A stretch of DNA of 64,000 bases. It comes from Piromyces finnis finn (Eukaryota; Fungi; Neocallimastigomycota). A program made the translations under genes and the position numbers. The stretch spans positions 248,001 to 312,000 of the forward strand of contig MCFH01000057.1 of the NCBI GenBank assembly GCA_002104945.1. The letters are read 5' to 3'. Below, one piece after another: positions 55,787 through 64,000 of this stretch (its first letter is position 1; every line of letters begins with the position of its first letter). The notes under the pieces were generated by a model. The model was not told the origin of the DNA, did no database searches, and saw only the letters and a list, made by a program, of their open reading frames with translations.

Positions 55787-56355
55787 CTCAAATAATTGTT
55801 TATACATGATTCAATTAAAATAAAAATATAAAACAATTTTTTTTTTTTTTTAATTTTTTTTATTTATTTTATTAATTTTGTTTTTGGTTTTCTTTGACTA
55901 TAAATGTTTGGTTTTTAATTATTTTTTTTTTTTTTTTTTTTTTTTGGTTTTTTTTTTTTTTTTTTTCGTCTATGATTTTCTTTTTTATTACTTTTATTTT
56001 TTATTTTATTTTATATAAAAGAATATATAAATTTTATAGGAAATTAAAAAAAAAATAAAATAAAATAAAATAAAAATTAAGAATGAAGGAGAAAAAAAAA
56101 AAAAAAAAAAAAAAAAAAAGAAATTAAAAAAAAATTATATATTTATATTTATATATATATAAATACATATATAAATAAAAAATAAAAAAAGTTTCTAATT
56201 TAATATTATTTACTCTGTGTTTTGTATTATTTTTAATTTTCGTCGTTATTGTTGTTGCTGTTTCGTTTTTGTTGGTTTTAAATTTTGCTTTATTTTATTT
56301 TTTTCTGATAAATTTTTCTTTTTTTTTTTTTTTTTTTTGTATTATTTCTTGTTTT

Positions 56356-56391
<36 letters not shown>

Positions 56392-56467
56392 GGTATGAAT
56401 AAGGTTCGATTTCTTTTTTTTTTTTTTTTTACTTTGGTATGAGTAAGATTCGATTTCTTTTTTTTTT

Positions 56468-58457
56468 TTACTTCTTTCCTTCTATGGTATTTACTAACCA
56501 ATCCATACCTTCAGTAAGACCTTCACCTGTTACAGCAGAACATTTAAAAATAGTCCAAGTACGTTCCTTTAATAAAGAAAGACCAAGAGCATTAGAAACA
56601 TCCATAACAGACATAGCTCCTTCCATATCTTGTTTATTAGCAAATACTAAAAGAGCTGCATCTTTTAATTCTTCTTCATCTAACATAGCTAATAATTCTT
56701 CCTTACTAGTTGCTATACGATCCTTATCTACAGAATCTACTACATATATAATAGCATCGGTATTGGTATAGTAACAACGCCAGTATGGTCTAATAGAAGT
56801 TTGACCTCCTAAATCCCAAACTTGGAATTTTATATTTTTATAATTAACAGTTTCAACATTAAAACCAATGGTTGGAATGGTAGTGACAACTTCACCAATT
56901 TGAAGACGGTATAATATAGTGGTTTTACCAGCACCTTTTTTTTTTTTTTTTTTTTTTTACCGAAAAATAGAATTTATTAGAATAAAAAAAAAAATGAAAT
57001 TAAAGAATATATAATGGAGAAAGATAATAATAAATGAATAATAATAGTATATTAATAACATTATATTAAGAAATAGTATATATATTTAAAATTGTTAGAA
57101 ATAAAATAGAAATAGATAAATAAATAGAATGATTAAATTTATTGATAAATTTATACTTTTATAAAAATAAAAATATATGGAAAAAAAAAAAGTCATCTTT
57201 TAAATGTGATGATTTCAAATGTTATGTCTTTTGTTATCGGTAAAAGTTTTATTATTGATTCATCTATGTAATATTAAAAATTATTTTTTGAATAAAATTT
57301 CACTTTTAAATGGCATTAACTAATTTTAATATATTGTTTGTCTGTTGGTTGATTTGTTTTTCAATCGTAATTGCTTTTATATAAATAATGATTTTAGTTT
57401 TATATATAATTAATAAATAACTAAAATTATTCCATAATATAAAAATAATGATAAACAGTTGATAATATAAAATTTCTTCGATACATTATACAAAAGGTTT
57501 TAGTTAAGTTTTGTTAACTTGTTTTTTTTTTTTTGTTTTTTTTTTTTAATATTTAACTGTATTGTACTAATGTATGTTGATGTTGTAGTTGTTTTGCTTT
57601 TAGTCATATGCAATGTTTATATATACAACATTTATTGGTAATATTTTATTAATATTATATTATATAATATTTTGATACTTTGTTTAAACTATTATGGAAA
57701 GAAAGTAATAATAAATTAATTCATTTTGTAAAGTATGCATTTCTCTATTGACATTGGAATTAAGTTTATTTCTATTAAATTTTAAAAAATATATCATTTC
57801 TGCTTTTATTAAAGGAATATCTATACACGTGTGTATATATTTATTTATATATAATTCAAAATAAATATAAATTTACTGTATATGTATCTTTTTATGAATT
57901 AAATTAATTGCAAATTATACATTGAAATTAATTTATATAGGTTTTATTATCGTTGTTATCAGAATAAAAAAATATTTAATTGTTTATTTTATATTTAGTC
58001 GCATTATCCAGATTACTTATTAGTATTGAAATTGAACCATTTTAATTGTATTATATAAACAATAATATAAACATAAATCATTTAATTTTGATTTATTTAT
58101 TTACTTTAAACAAATTAATAAGTAAATCTTGAATTTCCATTAATTTTACATTTAAAAAGCAATGCCTTTTAATTATATTTAAAAAAATTATGCTTGAAAT
58201 ATTTGAAATAGATTTAAGATAGATTTTATTATAAATAAACAACAATGTTTATGGTATTTCCATCTTTGCGAAATTTTTATGTATATTGATAAATTGTAAT
58301 ATTATTTTTAACTATTTAGTTTTTGTTGTACTGTTGTTTGTTATTGTTGGGTTAATTATTATACATTTGAATTTAAAATGATAACCTTTTTTTTTTCCAT
58401 AATTTTAAAATGTTTTATAAATATTATAAATTATATATATTATATATTATATAAAAA

Positions 58458-58490
<33 letters not shown>

Positions 58491-58601
58491 TTTTCTTTTA
58501 TTTCATTTCACAAGGTATTTACCATCTAAACCTAAAATTAATATTCTAACCTCCTTTGATCCCCAAAGGCGGCTTAATAAGGATGAAAACATTTGACCCA
58601 T
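56468..58601 (-). CDS. ARL1: ADP-ribosylation factor-like GTPase Arl1; exons 58523-58601 and 56468-56934
   Basis: [54 protein letters not shown]...[17 protein letters not shown]...NKQD...[21 protein letters not shown] is diagnostic for Arl1. Confidence 0.96.
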
Positions 58602-58834
58602 GTTTATAATATATTATATTGTTTATATTAATTATTTATTTATTTTTTTTTTTTTTACTAAAATAGAAAAAAGTTGATTGAATAATATTTGGAAATGGAT
58701 AAAAGATTTTAAATAATATAATGTAGTATATATTAGAAGTGAACATAATAAATTTATTATTAGTGGAGAGTTAATATATGATATAAAATATATAAAAAAA
58801 GAGAAAAAATATATTAGTTAGATGCGGAAAAAAA

Positions 58835-58884
58835 AAAAAAAAGTAATAAATATAGAATAAATAAAAGTTATTATTTATAATGTG

Positions 58885-58933
<49 letters not shown>

Positions 58934-60455
58934 TTTTATTTCTTGATTTCATTTCATTTATTTGTTCGTTTATTTATTGAAAATGGGTTATTCTAATTTG
59001 TTTTATTTTTATTATTTTGTATTGTTGTTGATATACATTTATAATTAAATTATTCTTTTCCTCTTTATATATATATATGTATAATTTCCGAGTATTAGTT
59101 ATATGATGTACAATGATTTACATAATTAATATGGTGTATATAACATGAATATAGTTTTTTAAAGATGTTTACTTTTTTATTTATAATATAATAGACGAGA
59201 TATTTTTATTCAATTGTTATTTGACATAGAAAATTTGATATTCATTAAAGTTATACAACTTATATATTTACTCTTATATAATTTCGGATAAAAATTATTC
59301 TTCTATTTATGATTGTACCGAAAAAAATAATCTTTTTTTTTATTTATTTATTTATTTATTTTATATAATTACAATTATACAGTCCATTCTATAACATATA
59401 AACATAACAATTATAAATTTTCAATCTCTCTTTTTTTACTATTACTATTATTGTTATTTGCCTCTTATTATTTTTCAATATATAATTGTTATTAGTATTT
59501 CTTTTTTTTCTTTACCTTTGTTTCTCTATAAAGCTTTTAAATAAAAATAAATATAATAAGAATTAAATTAAGTTTTTATTTTTTTAAATTAAGAAAAATA
59601 AAAATTTTTTTCTTCTTTGGAAATCTTTTTTTTTTTTTTTTTGATTTAAATAATTTATATTAATAATTTTTTAATATATAATTAAATATATTAAAAAAAA
59701 AAAAGATTTATTTTTATAATTGAAAAAGTAAACTTTTTATCAAAAAAAATATAAAGGTGGAACTGTAATAAAACAAGAAGAAATGTATAGAACAAATATA
59801 AAGAAAAGGCATTAATAATAAAAAGTAATTTTTTTATTCATTTAATGTAATAATGATAAAGTAATCCATTGACAAAAGTAACATCATCGTTAGATTGATT
59901 TATTTAATTTATTAATAATACATTCATTCATATAATTATAATAATTTATCTAATATAATATTTTTTATTCATTAACATCATAATATTAATTTATTTAGTA
60001 TAATAACAATGTATTTATTGATATAATTATAGTAATTTATTTAATAAATATATATTTATTCATTAATTTAATTATAAATATCTTCATTCTTAAAAATAGT
60101 TCATCCTTATAATTTATTAATAATAATTATCCATCCAAATTTTTACATTTATTGATTTAATATTACAAATATATTAATAATATATTATAAATATATTAAA
60201 TAATTTATTTATATAATTGATTTTATGGTTCATGTATACATAATGTATCAATATTGTATACAATGGAAAAGGAAAAAGTGGTAAACATGTTAAAACGAAA
60301 AAAAACATGATTAATATGCCATTTAAGCTACACCTTTAAATATGAAAAAAAGAAAAAAAAGTAATAAATATAGAGAATAAACGAAAATTATTATTTATAA
60401 CTTTTTTTTTAAACTTTTTTTTATTTCTTGATTTCATTTATTTGTTCATTTATTT
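58835..60455 (+). repeat. Two diverged direct copies (about 58835-58975 and 60353-60455) of a 100-140 bp AT-rich element
   Basis: Shared blocks gtaataaatatag, ttattatttataa and ttatttcttgatttcattt...atttgttc(g/a)tttattt occur in the same order in both copies. Confidence 0.75.
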
Positions 60456-60793
60456 CGGTTTTTATTATTTATTATTTATTTTTAAAGAAAGCTCTTATTT
60501 GGTATGAATAAAATTAAATGAATAAGAAGAGGTGGAAAAAATATATATATATATTAAAAAGAAATAATTTTATATCTACAACAGTTTTATTTTTATTTTA
60601 ATCTAGTGTTCTTTATAAAAAAAAAAATAAAATAAAATAAAATAAAATAAATATCTTATGGAAAGAAAATTTTGAAGAAGAAAAAAAAAGGATGGAGTTA
60701 TTATATACTTATCAATAATAATTTTATGATAAACTGTAAATTATTATTTATATTACTACGTAATCTAATATGGGAAAAAAAAAAAATTTTTTT

Positions 60794-63573
60794 TTAGTTA
60801 TTTGAGGAAAGTCGGAATACACGAACACAATTTGTACTACAAAATTTTTTATCCATAACATTAAATGGAACTTGACCAGGAGCAAATGGTTTTTCACACA
60901 TGAAACAACATGGACCATTACTACTAGTAGCACCTTTTGATGAAGATTTTTTTTCTTCTTCTTGCTTAACAAATAAAGCTGCTGTGGAAGAAGTAACACC
61001 ACCAGAAACACTAGAAGCTTTAAGACGATTCATAGCAGCTTGAGCTCTCTTTTCACGATCAAGTCGTTGACGCATTTCTAAACTCATACCAAAAGTATTT
61101 AAAGTGGATTGTCCTAATTTTTTAAGGACACTCTTTGATCCACTTGGTTTTTTAGGGGCTTCTTCTTCTGTATTACTTTCTTCTGCTGTATCGTTGGCAG
61201 ATGAAGATGTTGTAGCAGCTTTACTTGCTTGCTTCTTTTTTTGAGATTGAATACGACGTTTTTTGTCGGTTTTCTTTTTTTGTTTCTTACGTGAAGCTTC
61301 CTCTTCCATTTCTGGTGAAAGGAAGGATGTAATATGAGCATCTTGATAATTCCATTGATCTTGATGACGATAGTAATAACGACGGAAAGTATTTCGAGTT
61401 TCTTTATCCAATGCCATATCATAGGCTGTCATATTCATTAACATATTAAATTTCTTTAATACTGAACTTTCGGATTTAATATGGGTATTCAAATTAACTT
61501 TACCAGTATACGTATCACCTTCTTTTAATCTTATGGTTGGATCTGCACCAATTTCTAATAAATAATCTACCATTTCGGATTGACCATTGGCTGAAGCAAT
61601 ATGAAGTAAGGTAATTCCTTCTATATCATTGTAAAAAGGTTCATTCAATTGAATTGACGTTGAACCTGAGAATTGCTTCTTAAACATATCAATTAAACCC
61701 TTTTTACATAAATATTTTAATTTAGAAAGTTCTTCTTCTTTAACATCTACTTCTTCATCTAAACCACCTTCTTCATCATCTGTATTCTGTTTACTTTTAT
61801 TGCCCGAACCATTTTTTTTATTATTCTTTTTTCTACCAGCACTATCCTTATTTTTAGATTTTTGTTGATGTGTTGTAGATTGATCTTCTTCATCCTTAAC
61901 TTTATTAAGTTTGACATCATCAATATCTTTTACATAAGTTGTTGATAATCTTTCAAAAATAGTTGATAATTCAGAAAGGGTTGGACGACCTGTAGTAAAT
62001 GGAATATTTCTAATTCTTGGATCATCCATAGTTAAAGCATCTGTACTATTAATAATTAATTTTCTATTGGTATTTGAGGTATGAATTAAAACTAAATCTG
62101 ATGCTTTAACATAATCCTTCCATTCATTCATAACTTCTTTTACTTCCTATAAAATATTAATTAGATATTATATTAAAAAATAAATAAATATTTTATTACT
62201 CTATGATACATAAAAATCAACTTATTGCTATATACATTACTTGTTCAATCATTTGTTCATTATATCTTCTTAAATTAGCACCTGCAGATTTTGCCTTTCC
62301 TTTAGCATTATCATTACTAGCTTGACTACCACCTTGCTTTCTTCTTGTGGTATATCTATAAAGAAACAAAAAAAAAAAAAAAAAAATAAATAAATAAATA
62401 AAATTTAAATAACATTACTCATTTATGTTTATATATTTACTTCCTACTATTCTCTTATCACATTATTATTGTTATTGTATACAATACCTGTGGAAAGTTT
62501 TTTTAGCAACCATACGACCAGTTAAACAATCAACAACACCACCAGCAAAATGACCAGAAGATAATAAGATAATAGTCCAATAAAATGGTTTACCTTCCCA
62601 GTTACTTTTTTGAAGAGCATGAAGACGAGCCATAATTTCTTTTTCAGAAATAGAAATTTCACCACGAGTTTGTTGGAAATAAAGAACAGATTTATATATT
62701 AATAATACTTTACTAAAGTCCATTTCTAAAGCAACTAATGGTTGGTCTTTAGTAAGATAAGCAGCTTGACCCTTATCACTACTCTTAACTTTAGTACCTT
62801 CTTCTTGATATAAACTTGAACCGTCACTATCTGAACATTGTGAATCTTTTATTTGCACCATTATTATCAATAAATATTATAGTGTTGAAAATAAATAATA
62901 TTTAGTATTTATGATTTATTTTATCATTTTGTATATATAAAAAGGAAATGAAAATTGGCTATCTTTTGAAGTTCAAAATGAAATTTTAAATTATTATGAT
63001 TGAATTACCATCTAAACTAATTTTACTATTAAATTCTTCATCACTTATTTCTTCGTTATTTATAGATTTTAAAATGTTTTTTATGTGTTGTTCAGAATGA
63101 CAATGCTTTAAATAATGAGTAATTGATAAATTAAAAAATTATAATAATAAAGAAAAAAAAAAAAATTAATAAAAATTATAATAAAAAATTGTAATTTTTT
63201 TTTTTTTTTTAAATCATTTAATTTCTAAGAATTCAAATTTTAAATAAATATATAATTTTTAACGCTCATGGTTATAAGCATTAATATATTTATATATAAA
63301 AATTACATCTCTTAATTCCTGATCGTTATTGAAAGAAAGTTTACACTTGTTACACCTAAAATTTTTTCTACTTTCTGAATGTGAGGAATCTTCTATAGAA
63401 TCAATATCCGATTCATCTTCGGAAACTAATTTATTAATTGTTGGAAGTGAATTTGAATTTATGATTTCAATTTGTTCACTATAAATTTTTAAAGATTCAA
63501 GAATTTCTTGAGGAAGACTAAATAATGAATATGTTTCTTCTTTTGTATTTTGAATTTTTTTTGATGAATCCAT
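60794..63573 (-). CDS. VMS1: Vms1/ANKZF1 (C2H2 zinc finger, VLRF1 domain, ankyrin repeat, VIM, treble clef)
   Basis: LLSSGHFAGGV...KTFHRYTTRRKQGGSQ (VLRF1 catalytic loop, Gln retained); ankyrin TLLHIASANGQ; VIM REKRAQAAMNRL; CFMC...FCSTNC. Confidence 0.94.
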
Positions 63574-64000
63574 TTTAAATATTTATCAATTTCTTTGTTA
63601 AAATTATTTTAATTAGAAAAAGTTGTTTTCGCTATTTATTTTTATTGTTTATGGTATATATTAGTTTTTAAGTTATATATATATTGTTGTTGTTGCTGTT
63701 GTTATAATTGTGTAATAATAATTGTTTTAAATGTAACAATAATACAAATAAAAATATACAATTTGAAAAATATAATTGAAAGAAAACGATAAATTATAAA
63801 TAAAAATTATGTATATATTCGGTTTAAAGGTTTTTACATATAAAAAATATTATAAAACCTATGTTATATTCCAATGTTTTATACTATATTATAAATTTAT
63901 CCTTTTCAATTTTTCAATTTCTATTTTATTTTTTTTTTTTTTTTTTTTTTATTATTGAAATCTAACCAATAAAAAATTTAATTTTAAAATAAAATAAATC

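Noticed and set aside
59757-59815. Possible terminal exon GGTVIKQEEMYRTNIKKRH*
   Set aside because: No upstream exons or homology recognisable; consistent with chance.

Overview
Very AT-rich, intron-dense eukaryotic DNA. The composition, the short introns and the flagellar genes fit a zoosporic early-diverging fungus, most likely an anaerobic gut fungus (Neocallimastigomycota); this assignment is inferred. Gene order: 3' end of a WD40 gene (+), atypical G-protein alpha subunit (+), axonemal inner-arm dynein heavy chain (-), UBXN11-like SEP-UBX protein (-), TFIIH Ssl1/p44 (-), CEP290 (+), OXR1-like TLDc protein with a long acidic repeat (+), a 557-bp SINE-like retroposon with target-site duplication (-), HRP1 (+), ARL1 (-), VMS1/ANKZF1 (-). 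Main observations: (1) an AT-AC minor-spliceosome (U12-type) intron is needed to keep CEP290 in frame; (2) the G-alpha lacks the catalytic switch-II Gln and both Gly residues needed for RGS action; (3) a complete tRNA-related SINE; (4) an inverted 31-nt copy of a downstream exon inside a UBXN11 intron, next to a hairpin over that intron's 3' splice site. All gene models were assembled by eye and no database searches were run.
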